DNA of 64,000 bases from Antedon mediterranea (Eukaryota; Animalia; Echinodermata): NCBI RefSeq assembly GCF_964355755.1, contig NC_092671.1, forward strand, positions 33,986,304-34,050,303, read 5' to 3'. Under the pieces are notes generated by a model. It was given only the letters and a program-made list of their open reading frames with translations, searched no databases and was not told where the DNA came from. Below, piece after piece: positions 1 through 13,195 of this stretch. The translations under genes were made by a program, and so were the position numbers. How positions within the stretch are numbered: position 1 is the stretch's first letter; each line of letters begins with the position of its first letter.

Positions 1-33
1 GACTGATAACTAAGTAATGATCGATGCTTGCTA

Positions 34-2839
34 CTCTAGTAGCTAGATCAACTTTCGTATGCACTTTGAGGTCCAGAGAATTTGACTTCAGAAATTGTTT
101 TAGGATGGTCAAACAATCATTATTGGCTTGGTTACACATTTTTGAAAATGTGGCGAAAAGTCAAAAGGTCAGGGTGAAAGGTTATAAAACTAAACACCAA
201 TAGGTCCTTAAATCTTGACAACCACTGGTCACAGCAAGATAATTTTGGTCTCAAATTGATCAGAAGGTATACACTTATATTTAGTCTAATGGGACATTTT
301 AGTAAAAAAATGATCGGAAATGCCATTTCTGACCTTTGACCCACAACCCAAGGCATGTATGTATCTCCGTAACTACTGGTCGTATACACTTGAATTTGGT
401 TTTAAATTGTTCGAAATATATGTTTTGTTATTTGTTACACATTTTAGAAAAATGTTACAAAAGGTCAAAGGGTCACGGTCAAGGGTTATATGAACAAATA
501 AAAAAAGGTACTTGTATCTCGGCAACCACAGGTCACAGCAAGTCAATTTTGACCTCAAAATGTTCAGAAGGCATGCATTTATATTTCATCTAATGGAGCA
601 TGTTAGTCAAAAATGAAAATGGCATTTCTGATCTTTGACCCACATAACAGGGCATCTTCATATCTCTGTAAGTACTGGTCGTAGAAACTTAAATTTGGTA
701 TCAAATTGTTCGAAATATACATATTTACATTTATTGTAATAGAAAATGTGGTTAAAAGATGAACAGAAATACTATTACTAATGTTTGAAACAAAAAAACA
801 TATCTACACAACTTATCCTTAGACAGTAATGTCATGTAATAACTGGTATTTAAATTGTTTTAATTTCATTGCTGTCCCCGAGGACATTTTGATAGAAACG
901 TTAAGCTCAACAGTTCTTTTCAGAATGCTAGAAGTAACTTGCCATATGTATCCGATTAAACGCCCCAGGCATTTATTGTTCAAAAGGGTTTTTAGGAGAA
1001 AATGAGGCATCTTTATTTGGGGTATAATATGGTAACATGTATAATCAAATAAATACCATCTAGATGTAAAAAAATACAGCACAATTAATATCAAAAAGTG
1101 ATAAAATTATGTCAAAATGCTTGGTAAATTGTAGATTATGGTAGTTAATGAAATATGTTGACGTGATACAATTATTGTGTAAATGCATGTGGCAGGGTGT
1201 TCTATTAGAGGGAATGGTGGCGTTTATTTGAGGGAGGCTTTTATTCAAAGCGGGTGTTTATTCAAATAAATACTCTAATTTTAATAATTATCTTTCGTTT
1301 CTGATAAAAGGTACTTTACATGATTTGTTTTCCTCTTTATGATTTTTAACGAAATTTTTCTGTCTTTTAAAATAAAAGTGATAAATTCCATTAAATGGAT
1401 CTTCTTATCCAGCTGTCAGTGTAATGATACTGTATAAAACAATGACACATCATTATCCTGACACAATTGCACTCATAATGGATCTTCATTCTATCATCTG
1501 TTTCTTTGTAACTACAATTTGACAACAATCTTTTGCCTATTTTTAAATGCCAATACATTCATTACTATTGTACAATATGTCCAGCTTTCCTGAAAACACC
1601 CTTGTGTACTGTAGTACAGTGTTGTAGTATGATTTTATCATGATAACTTCTGATGCTGTTATTGTCAATGCATTCAGTACCTAAAACATGTCAAAGTTTC
1701 TAGTGGTATTGATAATAAATCTCCAGAAATATATATTGTTTTATTATCTACTGGGAACAGACATGTATATCTATAAGTTTTGCCGGTGACATCCAAAAAT
1801 ATTATGCAACAGTGTTACGGAATAATGACAATGAATTGGTCTATTATAGTTGTATCTGATACCTTTTATTACATGATTGTATTTGCACCAGGATAGAATG
1901 AGGTTTAATCCAGTTATTATTGTTATTATATTAATTTTTATATATCTGGGGTGTATTTATTTGATTATACCTGTTACCATTATTACACCCAAACAAAATA
2001 AACACCTTCCCTGAATAAATAAATAAATGGCCGGGGCTTTTATTCGGGTAACTATGGTAAGTTACTTCTAGCATTCCTAACTGTTGAGCTCGACGTTTCT
2101 ATCAAAATGTTTGAACGTTCTCATGTGTCAACAATACTTTCTAGCATTATTATTAGCAAAAGTACAATTATTACAAACAGTAAACGATTTGTTTTAATTC
2201 CTATAATGAAATCATTAAGCATCAATTATTCCATAACATTACTGTCTAATGATAAGTTGAGTAGAGATATGTTTTTCATTTAAAACATTAGTATTTAATA
2301 ATAATAGTATTTCGTTTATCTTTGTAAATATGTGTATTTCTAACAATTTGATACTAAATTTAAGTTTCTACTACCAGTACTTACAGAGATATGAAGATGC
2401 CATGATATGTGGGTCAAAGGTCAGAAATGGCATTTCTGATAATTTTTGACTAAAATGTCCCATTAGATTGAATATGGATGCATGGCTTTTGAACATTTTG
2501 AGACTAAAATTGACTTGCTGCTTCGAGTGGTTGCCGAGATACAAGTATCTATTTGTATTTGTTCATATAACCCTTGACCCTGACCCTTTGACCTTTTGTA
2601 ACATATACCTTCTGATCAATTTAAGACCAAAATTACCTCGCTGTAACCAGTGGTTGTCAAGATTTAAGGACATATTGGTGTTTAGTTTTATAACCTTTCA
2701 CCTGACCTTTTGACCTTTCGCCACATTTTCTAAATGTGTAACCAAGCCAAAAATGATTGTTTGACCACCCAAAACCAATTTCTGAAGTCAAATTATCTGG
2801 ACCTCAAAGTGCATACGAAAGTTGATCTAGCTACTAGAG
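34..2839. mobile_element. Non-autonomous foldback/MITE-type DNA transposon with ~0.9 kb terminal inverted repeats and a TA target-site duplication
   Basis: 32-~977 (TACTCTAGTAGCTAGATCAACTTTCGTATGCAC...) is the imperfect reverse complement of ~2022-2841 (...GTGCATACGAAAGTTGATCTAGCTACTAGAGTA). TA flanks both ends (32-33, 2840-2841). No transposase ORF inside. Confidence 0.8.
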
Positions 2840-2879
2840 TATGCACATGATTTAGACATTTTTGTAAAATAATAACATT

Positions 2880-3102
2880 TTCTACATTAGCTGGCGATAG
2901 TAACTACATAAGCTGGGAGGCAATTTTCGTTACTACATAAGCTGTTGACCGTTTCTACATTAGCTGGTGTTGATTTTTATTGACTACATAAGCTGTTTGT
3001 GTTTCTACATAAGCTGGAGGTTTTACTACATAAGCGGTGGATTGCTCTACATTAACAGTTGTTTCGACATTAGCTGGCGTTTTCTACATTAACGGTTGTA
3101 AC
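2880..3102. repeat. Degenerate minisatellite (CTACATWAGCTG core), probably the subterminal repeats of a truncated DNA transposon
   Basis: About 10 copies of ctacataagctg / ctacattagctgg spaced 20-30 bp apart, ending in ggttgtaaca. Confidence 0.55.
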
Positions 3103-5412
3103 AAGCATAATTCCTGCTGTCATAGGCCTAAGCTATTAGCAACAGAGCGTGTAAAGTCTCTTGTGCTTAACTTAACGCTGATTCATCTCATTCGGCTCAT
3201 AGTTCCCCATCAATATGCATTTTTTAGCAATTCGTCATCGTCTCAATAAATTTAACCGAATGAAAATTGAAAATATTTTTACACTACACAACGATAATAT
3301 TATGACGGTAATAAAGATAATAAAAAAGACGATGAATTTCAGTAGCATTTAAGTTAATTTATATTCCTACTGTTTACATATACTTTTCTTTATGGTTTAA
3401 TATAAATAATATAATAATGATCAGTCATTATTCGATTTTAGTGGATAAGTAGGCAATTGTTGTTCTCATTTGGTAAGAGATAACATAAATTGTTAATTAT
3501 AATGAATACCGGTATCATTATAGTGTTGAATCATGTTGCGTCATGTTATAAGAAACACAATACCGACGTGTTTAACGTTTCATCTGGAAAGACAGTAGTT
3601 ATGCTCAGACGGCACCTAGGTCTATTTACAATTTAAGTCAAATATGAAAGTATACACACGCGTTACTTCCGATGAGCGTCCAGCCATGATATTTAATACA
3701 AGGTATTCACACCATTTTAAGTAAGCTATTTACTATCTGCTATTTCAGAGCTTACAAGGACTTGTCTGCACGTGCCTATGAAATATTATTTTATTTAGTA
3801 TATTCTTATTATGTTATTTCAAAATCTTCAGCATGCAGTCTACATTCATTTGAAGGCGTTATACGTTTCAAGCATGTTGGTTTGAGGAACAGCAGAGGTA
3901 AGATCAAAACACATGATTTAAAAATATATATATTTTTAAATTAATCAATTTAAATGACGTCATGATCAATAAGAAAAATAAAATTGTATCTTTTGTTTTA
4001 CGTATTTTTAAGAAAAAACTTGAAGGTCATATAAACTTTAGCGTAGATCAATCTCGGCAGATTTTGAACATGGCAAAATTAATGTTTTTTAAACAAAAAA
4101 GTTTTCTACAATTTACAAACAATTTGTATTTAATCTTGTAATTACATTTAATAATAATCTTGTAATATTTTTGAGGGATCGTTTAATTTGAATTCAGAAA
4201 AGTTTATAAATTCGCATAACGTTTTGTTCGTTGCCATAGCAGCTGACGCTAAACATTTAAAAATATTAATCATGCCACCAAGATAAGAGCGCGCGAAAGC
4301 ATAGCCAACAAGGTTGTTGAGCATGTGCAGTAAACAATTTATTAGGTACGCGACCATTTCGTTGTTGACGACGGTTAATTATACTGTGTTTATTTTGTAA
4401 CATTATGGGCGGTCCGCGGTCTGTAGGTTGGAGTCATGGAAGCTTTGATCTCAAACTGATGCATATCCTTCTATTCCTTAATCCACGATGAATCCAAGAG
4501 CATTGGTCAAAATAAGGCTAAGCCTTAACCTGGACATTTCTTGTTACAAGCTGATTTTGTCATGTTTGGTCCATGAATATGTCTAGAATGAAATTTCCTG
4601 TTTCCTTATAACTTTTTAAATATATAACCCCAATAGATAATTGTATTGCATAATCCGAATAAATATATTTTTATATATATATATATATATATATTTTACG
4701 CACGTACGTGTTCTTCAAGTTTAGAGTTTGAAACACCCGCGATTGTATCCTCTGCATCAGCTGTTATGCGATTGGTTAATACATTTCAATACAGGCCAAT
4801 CACATCGTCTTCTCTCCGCTGACACCAATGGAAGAAAACATAAACGTCACACGACGACGTCACGTCTGTTGCACCATGTAGAAAGTTCAGTTAGACTACA
4901 ACTGTTTAGGTGTATGCAAAACATTCCAAATTTCATTTTACGAAGAAGGGATGTATTATTGGGATAATCTCTACTAGATTACAACAAAGTAGTAGGCCTC
5001 TTCTAGTTGCTTGTAAAAGCCTACTAGCCAAAAGCTACCATTAGGGTTGGTGAAAACTGTCCATAATACTGAGAATGATATTATAATGATAAGAAATCGT
5101 TTCTATCCTCGTACTTGTAAACTTGAATGTAATTTCATTACTAAACTTTTGGTAAAAAACTTGTTTATTTTGAAAATGGTACTATCTTGGTCGTATTCGT
5201 ATGTGTGATTGCAGTGATGAGGCCGACATTCAAAATCAGTAAAGGTCTTTGTGTATTAGAAGCAACTCATTCAATCGCATATTTTTATGAAATGCTCTAC
5301 TAATGTAGTGCCAGTATGATGTTTATTGAACATGGTGTCCCTTCCTTTAATGAGTAATGCAAAAATATATCTATGGTTTCATGCAACGTATGTTGAATAG
5401 TTGTAATATGCT

Positions 5413-5570
5413 TGTAAAGGTAAAGGTAAAGGTAATTTAGTCCTCAAGCGTAACTGGAAACTGAGGAGATTCGGCTTAGGCCCTCTACGGACCCACGGCA
5501 GCCAGCAGTGCAGCGCCTACCAGATCAACATACCGGGAGACTATCCCCTACTCTTTTCGAATAGTGTACC
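5413..5570 (-). mobile_element. 3' fragment of a Deu/Nin-domain-like SINE with an (ACCTTT)n tail
   Basis: The minus strand reads CACTATTCGAAAAGAGTAGGGGATAGTCTCCCGG, which resembles the Deu/Nin SINE central domain as I recall it, and ends in TTACCTTTACCTTTACCTTTAC. Confidence 0.55.
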
Positions 5571-5660
5571 AAGTACCAGCTTAGAGTTTGCCAATTTTCT
5601 TTTTCTGTTTGTACGTTTATTGATATGGATGATATATCCGAAATAAAATAAATTGATATA

Positions 5661-5903
5661 TTATTAGGTTATATGCATGATATGCATATAACCTCTTGAT
5701 TCTGTCAAAATCTTTATTTATTTATTTATTTATTTATTAGGTTATATGCATGATATGCATATAACCTCTTGATTCTGTCAAAATCTTTATTTATTTATTA
5801 GGTTATATGCATGATATGCATATAACCTCTTGATTCTGTCAGAATCTTTATTTATTAGGTTATATGCATGATATGCATATAACCTCTTGATTCTGTCAAA
5901 ATC
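5661..5903 (+). mobile_element. Four stacked 5' heads (H1-H4) of Helentron-type non-autonomous family A
   Basis: Four copies of the palindrome AGGTTATATGCA-tgata-TGCATATAACCT followed by cttgattctgtca(a/g)aatc, separated by (TTTA)n. Confidence 0.9.
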
Positions 5904-5931
5904 TTTATTTATTTATTTATTTATTTATTTA

Positions 5932-7340
5932 TTCTTTCCTTAGCACTATTTGTCCGTGAATTATCTTGGCATCAGTTTCATCTATCTAAGTCAATTTTTC
6001 AGAGTATATTCCTTATGGCCAGGAATCGATGTGGTTATGTTTTCACGATGCGCAATCAAAAATTACGCGGTCTACGCGCGATTTAACGAAATCACGTTTG
6101 TAATCATATCTTCACAAACATGAATCACTTTTAAACAAAATTTGGTACTCATAAATTTCAGGTCATATTTCATCATATGGCAATACAATTACGTGCGTAG
6201 CGCATATAACGCATGCGTACGCGCGCTTAAAATGTTGAAAATTGTCAGAATTTATTTTCGATGAAATTAGAGTACGTTTCAGGCAATTTTAAGCGTTTAA
6301 AAAATTGCCATGAGTGCGCAGATTTTTGCACGCGCACTGCGCGTCAAACGTTAATGCGCACTCTTTTTGTCCGATTACTGTTGTGTAACCTTTCTTTAAT
6401 AATATCATCATATTTTATTCACTTTTCAACGCGAAACAGCGTTATACGAGCACGTCAAAAGTGACGGGCTACGCACGTGTAAGTTAACAAAATGGTGAAA
6501 ATATGCTAAATTTTAAAATTAATATATATCGTTAGAATGCTCGGGAACACATATTTTTTATTTAATTTTCTTGAAGTGTATGTATCTTATGTATGATTTA
6601 TTATTAAACTAAGGGAACAAAAGTTGATTAAGCCATAATTAATTGCATATTAAATTAAAAAAAATTCATTTCGACAATCAAACAAATTATGACATTTTCT
6701 TAGGCCAAAATAACAAACTTAACATTAACTTTCTTCCTTCAAAAGTTCATATATTAAAGTTAAAAGTATATAGTTTGACAGTGCATCATTTTTGTACATT
6801 TTTAGAGATGTCATCATAGTAAAAAATTATAATTCATTGCGGTATGTAATAATCTATCTGCACCAAAGTGGTTACTGCATAGTAAATACACGGAGGAATT
6901 TTTCTACAATTTTTAGTCAGTTGTGTATGGCTCGGTGGTGTGTGCTCGTGTCTATGGCACTCAAGGTACCGAGATCGAGTCTCACCTTGGGAAACGAAAT
7001 AAAATTTTTTTTTTATTGTCCGTATTGTTTGTTCAAATTTATTTCTTAGTGTATATATTATACACATGATTTATAATGAAATCTAGATAAAAAATAACTT
7101 ATGTCTTTATTATTATGTAACAGCAAATGTGGTTTATGACATTATACGCAGAGGGATCTTTGATCGGATTGTGATACCGGCTATTGTATTCGCGTTAGCA
7201 AGGTCCTATCATATATTATATATTATTTAAAGAATCTGAGAAAATCAATGAATCAAAATATCTTTTAAAAATAAATTATCTTTATTTTAATTATCAATGC
7301 ATATAACCTATAATTCGTCATAGTGACGAATTAAATCTAG
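5932..7340 (+). mobile_element. HINE/Helentron family A body 1 (~1.4 kb)
   Basis: Starts ttctttccttagcac. Ends with subTIR TGCATATAACCT, hairpin AATTCGTCA-tag-TGACGAATT and AAATCTAG. Confidence 0.9.
6920..6993 (+). ncRNA. tRNA-derived Pol III cassette in family A (also ~8341-8415, 9918-9991, 11337-11410, 14184-14256, 15613-15686, 17030-17103)
   Basis: A box TGGCTCGGTGG, B box GA(G)WTCGAGTC in a T-arm-like stem GAG-ATCGAGT-CTC, then a run of 8 or more T about 15 nt downstream. The acceptor stem does not pair, so this is not a functional tRNA. Confidence 0.55.
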
Positions 7341-7351
7341 TTTCTTTATTT

Positions 7352-8761
7352 ATTCTTTCCTTAGCACTATTTTGTCCGTGAATTATCTTGATATCAGTTT
7401 CATCTATCTAAGTCAATTTTTCAGAGTATATTCCTTATGGCCAGGAATCGATGTGGTTATGTTTTCAGGGTGCGCAATCAAACATTACGTGGTCTACGCG
7501 CGATTTAACGAAATCACGTTTGTAATCATATCTTCACAAGCATGAATCACTTTTAAACAAAATTTGGTACTCATAAATTTCAGGTCATATTTCATCATAT
7601 GGCAATACAATTACGTGCGTAGCGCATATAACGCATGCGTACGCGCGCTTAGAATGTTGAAAATTGTCAGAATTAATTTTCGATGAAATTAGAATACGTT
7701 TCAGGCAATTTTAAGCGTTTAAAAAATTGCCATGAGTGCGCAGATTTTTGCACGTGCACTGCGCGTCAAACGTTAATGCGCACTGTTTTTGTCCGATTAC
7801 TGTTGTATAACCTTTCTTTAATAATATCATCATATTTTATTCACTTTTCAATGCGAAACAGCGTTATACGAGCACGTCAAAAGTGACAGGCTACGCACGT
7901 GTAAGTTAACAAAATGGTGAAAATATGCTAAATTTTAAAATTAATATATATCGTTAGAATGCTCGGGAACACCTATTTTTTATTTAATTTTCTTGAAGTG
8001 TATGTATCATATGTATGATTTATTATGAAATTAGAAGAACAAAAGTTGATTAAGTCATCATTAATGGCATATTAAATTTAACAAAATTAATTTCGACAAT
8101 CAAACAAATTATAACATTTTCTTAGGCCAAAATAACAAACTTAACATTAACTTTCTTCCTTAAGAAGTTCATATATTAAATTTAAAAGTATATAGTTTGA
8201 CAGTGCATCATTTTTTTTCAATTTTTAAAGATGTCATCATAGTAAAACATTATAATCCATTGCGGTATGTAATAATCTATCTGCACCAAAGTGGTTACTG
8301 CATAGTAAATACACGGAGGAATTTTTCTCCAACTTTTAGTCAGTTGTGTATGGCTCGATGGGCTGTGCTCGTGTCTATGCCATTCAAGGTACCGAGTTCA
8401 AGCCTCACCTTGGGAAACGAAATAAGATTTTTTTTTTTATTATCCGTATTGTTTGTTCAAATTTATTTCTTAGTGTATAGATTATACACATGATTTATAA
8501 TGAAATCTAGATAAAAAGTTACTTTATGTCTTTATTATTATGTAACAACAAATGCGGTTTATGACATTATACGCAGAGGGATCTTTGATCGGATTGTGAT
8601 ACCGGCTATGGTGTTCGCGTTAGCAAGGTCCTATCATTTATTATAAATAATTAAAGATTCTGAGAAAATCAATCAATCAATATATCTTTTAAAAATCAAT
8701 TATCTTTATTTAAATCAATGCATATAACCTATAATTCGTCATAGTGACGAATTAAATCTAG
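7352..8761 (+). mobile_element. Family A body 2
   Basis: Near-identical to body 1, same 3' terminus. Confidence 0.9.
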
Positions 8762-8762
8762 T

Positions 8763-8800
<38 letters not shown>

Positions 8801-8801
<1 letters not shown>

Positions 8802-8908
8802 TTAGGTTATATGCATGATATGCATATAACCTCTTGATTCTGTCAGAATCTTTATTTATTAGGTTATATGCATTATCATGCATATAACCTCTTGATTCTG
8901 TCAAAATC
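8801..8908 (+). mobile_element. Two stacked family A heads (H5, H6)
   Basis: Palindromic head twice. H5 has loop tgata and agaatc; H6 has loop ttatca. Confidence 0.9.
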
Positions 8909-8927
8909 TTTATTTATTTATTTATTT

Positions 8928-10336
8928 ATTCTTTCCTTAGCACTATTTTGTCCGTGAATTATCTTGATATCAGTTTCATCTATCTAAGTCAATTTTTCAG
9001 AGTATATTCCTTATGGCCAGGAATCGATGTGGTTATATTTTCACGATGCGTAATCAAAAATTACGCGGTCTACGCGCGATTTTACGAAATCACGTTTGTA
9101 ATCATATCTTCACAAGCATGAATCACAATTAAACAAAATTTGGTACTCATAAATTTCAGGTCATATTTTATCATATGGCAATACAATTACGTGCGTAGCG
9201 CATATAACGCTTGCGTACGCGCGCTTAAAATGTTCAAAATTGTCAAAATTTATTTTCGATGAAATTAGAGTATGTTTCAGGCAATTTTAAGCGTTTAAAA
9301 AATTGCCATGAGTGCGCAGATTTTTGCACGCGCACTGCGCGTTATACGTTAATGCGCACTCTTTTTGTCTGATTTCGGTTGTACAACCTTTCTTTAATAA
9401 TATCATCATATTTTATTCACTTTTCAACGCGTAATTGCCTTATACGAGCACGTCAAAAGTGACAGGCTACGCACGTGTAAGTTAACAAAATGGTGAAAAT
9501 ATGCTAAATTTTTAAATTAATATAGATCGTCAGAATGCTCGGGAACACATATTTTTTATTTCATTTTCTTGAAGTGTATGTATCTTATGTACGATTTATT
9601 ATTAAACTAAGAAAACAAAAGTTGATTAAGCCATAATTAATTGCATATTAAATTTAAAAAAAATAATTTCGACAATCAAACAAATTATGACATTTTCTTA
9701 GGCCAAAATAACAAACTTAACATTAACTTTCTTCCTTCAAAAGTTCATATATTAAAGTTAAAAGTATATAGTTTGACAGTGCATCATTTTTGTACATTTT
9801 TAGAGATGTCATCATAGTAAAAAATTATAATTCATTGCGGTATGTAATAATCTATCTGCACCAAAGTGGTTACTGCATAGTAAATACACGGAGGAAGTTT
9901 TTCTACAATTTTTAGTCAGTTGTGTATGGCTCGGTGGTGTGTGCTCGTGTCTATGGCCCTCAAGGTACCGAGATCGAGTCTCACCTTGGGAAACGAAATA
10001 AGATTTTTTTATTTATTATCCGTATTGTTTGTTCAAATTTATTTCTTAGTGTATATATTATACACATGATTTATAATGAAATCTAGATAAAAAATAACTT
10101 ATGTCTTTATTATTATGTAACAGCAAATGTGGTTTATGACATTATACGCAGAGGGATCTTTGATCGGATTGTAATACCGGCTATTGTATTCGCGTTAGCA
10201 AGGTCCTATCATATATTATAAATAATTAAAGAATCTGAGAAAATCAATGAATCAAAATATCTTTTAAAAATCAATTATCTTTATTTAAATCAATGCATAT
10301 AACCTATAATTCGTCATAGTGACGAATTAAATCTAG
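8928..10336 (+). mobile_element. Family A body 3
   Basis: Same body and 3' subTIR/hairpin/CTAG. Confidence 0.9.
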
Positions 10337-10347
10337 TTTCTTTATTT

Positions 10348-11756
10348 ATTCTTTCCTTAGCACTATTTTGTCCGTGAATTATCTTGATATCAGTTTCATC
10401 TATCTAAGTCAATTTTTCAGAGTATATTCCTTATGGCCAGGAATCGATGTGGTTATGTTTTCAGGGTGCGCAATCAAACATTACGCGGTCTACGCGCGAT
10501 TTAACGAAATCACGTTTGTAATCATATCTTCACAAGCATGAATAACTTTTAAACAAAATTTGGTACTCATAAATTTCAGGTCATATTTCATCATATGGCA
10601 ATACAATTACGTGCGTAGCGCATATAACGCATGCGTACGCGTGCTTAAAATGTTGAAAATTGTCAGAATTTATTTTCGATGAAATTAGAGTACGTTTCAG
10701 GCAATTTTAAGCGTTTAAAAAATTGCCATGAGTGCGCAGATTTTTGCACGTGCACTGCGCGTCAAACGTTAATGCGCACTGTTTTTGTCCGATTACTGTT
10801 GTATAACCTTTCTTTAATAATATCATCATATTTTATTCACTTTTCAACGCGAAACAGCGTTATACGAGCACGTCAAAAGTGACAGGCTACGCACGTGTAA
10901 GTTAACAAAATGATGAAAATATGCTAAATTTTAAAATTAATATATATCGTTAGAATGCTCGGGAACACCTATTTTTTATTTAATTTTCTTGAAGTGTATG
11001 TATCATATGTATGATTTATTATGAAATTAGAAGAACAAAAGTTGATTAAGTCATCATTAATGGCATATTAAATTTAACAAAATTAATTTCGACAATCAAA
11101 CAAATTATAACATTTTCTTAGGCCAAAATAACAAACTTAACATTAACTTTCTTCCTTAAGAAGTTCATATATTAAAGTTAAAAGTATATAGTTTGACAGT
11201 GCATCATTTTTTTCAATTTTTAAAGATGTCATCATAGTAAAACATTATAATCCATTGCGGTATGTAATAATCTATCTGCACCAAAGTGGTTACTGCATAG
11301 TAAATACACGGAGGAATTTTTCTCCAACTTTTAGTCAGTTGTGTATGGCTCGATGGGCTGTACTCGTGTCTATGCCATTCAAGGTACCGAGTTCGAGTCT
11401 CACCTTGGGAAACGAAATAAGATTTTTTTTTTTATTATCCGTATTGTTTGTTCAAATTTATTTCTTAGTGTATAGATTATACACATGATTTATAATGAAA
11501 TCTAGATAAAAAGTTACTTTATGTCTTTATTATTATGTAACAACAAATGCGGTTTATGACATTATACGCAGAGGGATCTTTGATCGGATTGTGATACCGG
11601 CTATGGTGTTCGCGTTAGCAAGGTCCTATCATATATTATAAATAATTAAAGATTCTGAGAAAATCAATCAATCAATATATCTTTTAAAAATCAATTATCT
11701 TTATTTAAACCAATGCATATAACCTATAATTCGTCATAGTGACGAATTAAATCTAG
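10348..11756 (+). mobile_element. Family A body 4
   Basis: Same body and terminus; subtype matches body 2. Confidence 0.9.
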
Positions 11757-11758
11757 TT

Positions 11759-11864
11759 TATTAGGTTATATGCATTATCATGCATATAACCTCTTGATTC
11801 TGTCAAAATCTTTATTAGGTTATATGCATTATCATGCATATAACCTCTTGATTCTGTCAAAATC
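11759..11864 (+). mobile_element. Two stacked family A heads (H7, H8)
   Basis: Palindromic head twice, both with loop ttatca. Confidence 0.9.
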
Positions 11865-11876
11865 TTTATTTATTTA

Positions 11877-13188
11877 TTGGTTATCCGCCTCAAGGCGGAT
11901 AAGCTCTTGGAATTGTAGTGTTTCTTTTTTTTATTATTCTTCCATATTTCCGCCACTTTTTGTGTTCAACTTTTCTCTGCAACGTGTTAACATAACATGT
12001 TGTAACTTTGTAAACATTTCGACATTTAACTGAAGTTGTGCAGCGAAGCTTTTGGACGCTGTCAGATCCGCGCAGCGTAAGTTACGCGCGAATTTCTGAA
12101 AATCTTAAGTTGATCATAACTTCGAAACAAATATATATTTTTTAACCTAATTTCCAGCCACGTTTGCTTCACATCAATTGCTAACTTTTTCATCGCTACC
12201 GACATTTGTAACATTGGAAAGTGCGCGCGTAAACGGCTTTTGAAATTTTAAAATGCTCCAAATCAATTTCTGATTAAATTAGAGCACGATTCAGGTCATT
12301 TTAAGGGTTTGAAAAATTGCCACCAGGTGCGCACATTTTTACGTGCGCACGGCGTAGGGAACACGTATGAGCATTTCTTTTGCACGAGTTGTGTTTTTCA
12401 ATCTTCGGTTAACAATTTTACGTTATTTTAATCACTATTCAACTTGAAATGACGTTCTACGAGCACGTTAAACATGACTGGTTGCGCACGTAAAATGTTG
12501 AAAAAATTTGAAAATGTTGCAAAATATGTATACTTTTAAAAATGATACAGTTCATCAGAATGCAAGGTTACCCCCATTTTTTATTTTATTTTCTTGCAGT
12601 GTATGAATCATAGGTCTGATTTATTATAGTGTCGAATGTTAAAAGGTGTTTGGTGGCTACATTATTTGCATATTAAATATAATTTTTGAAATTTTTATCA
12701 TCAAACAAACATAAACATTTTCAAAGAGCAAAATAATAAACATAACGTTTATCTTTTTTCTTCACATGTTAATATATAAAACTTAAAAGTATGCACTTTC
12801 ATAATATGTCACTGTTTAAAATTTGTGAAGATTTCTTCATAGTAAAAATTATGATTTAGTTTGATAAGTAATAATCTATTTGCATCGAGTGGTTCACGAC
12901 ATACCGAATGAACGAGTAAACTTTCGTCGGATTTTCTTCAGCAGGTGCTCATATGGCTCGATGTGTAGTGCCACCGACTTTGGTATCAGAGGTACCGGGA
13001 TCGAGTCCCGTCACGGGAAAACAATTTAATAAAAGGATTTATTTGGTTGTTACACTGAAAAGGCAGTTTTAATTTCGAATTGGCTACTTTTTGGAAAAGC
13101 CATAACTGAAAAGTACTTGAATGCGCAAGATACGTTTTGTGGCGGGCGGATAACCAAACTCGTCCTCAAGTGACGAGTTCAGATCTAG
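11877..13188 (+). mobile_element. Complete HINE family B element (~1.3 kb)
   Basis: Head GGTTATCCGCC-tcaa-GGCGGATAA. Tail GGCGGATAACC, then AACTCGTC-ctcaagt-GACGAGTT, then cagatCTAG. Confidence 0.9.
12946..13017 (+). ncRNA. tRNA-derived cassette in family B (also ~18631-18702, 62538-62609)
   Basis: A-box-like TGGCTCGATGTG; T arm CGGG-ATCGAGT-CCCG. Confidence 0.5.
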
Positions 13189-13195
13189 TTTATTT

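Noticed and set aside
5661-5930. CRISPR-like array of palindromic repeats
   Set aside because: The spacers are only (TTTA)n, there are no cas genes and the context is eukaryotic; the repeats are transposon 5' heads.
6920-6993. Functional tRNA genes
   Set aside because: The acceptor and anticodon stems do not pair properly; kept only as a tRNA-derived cassette.
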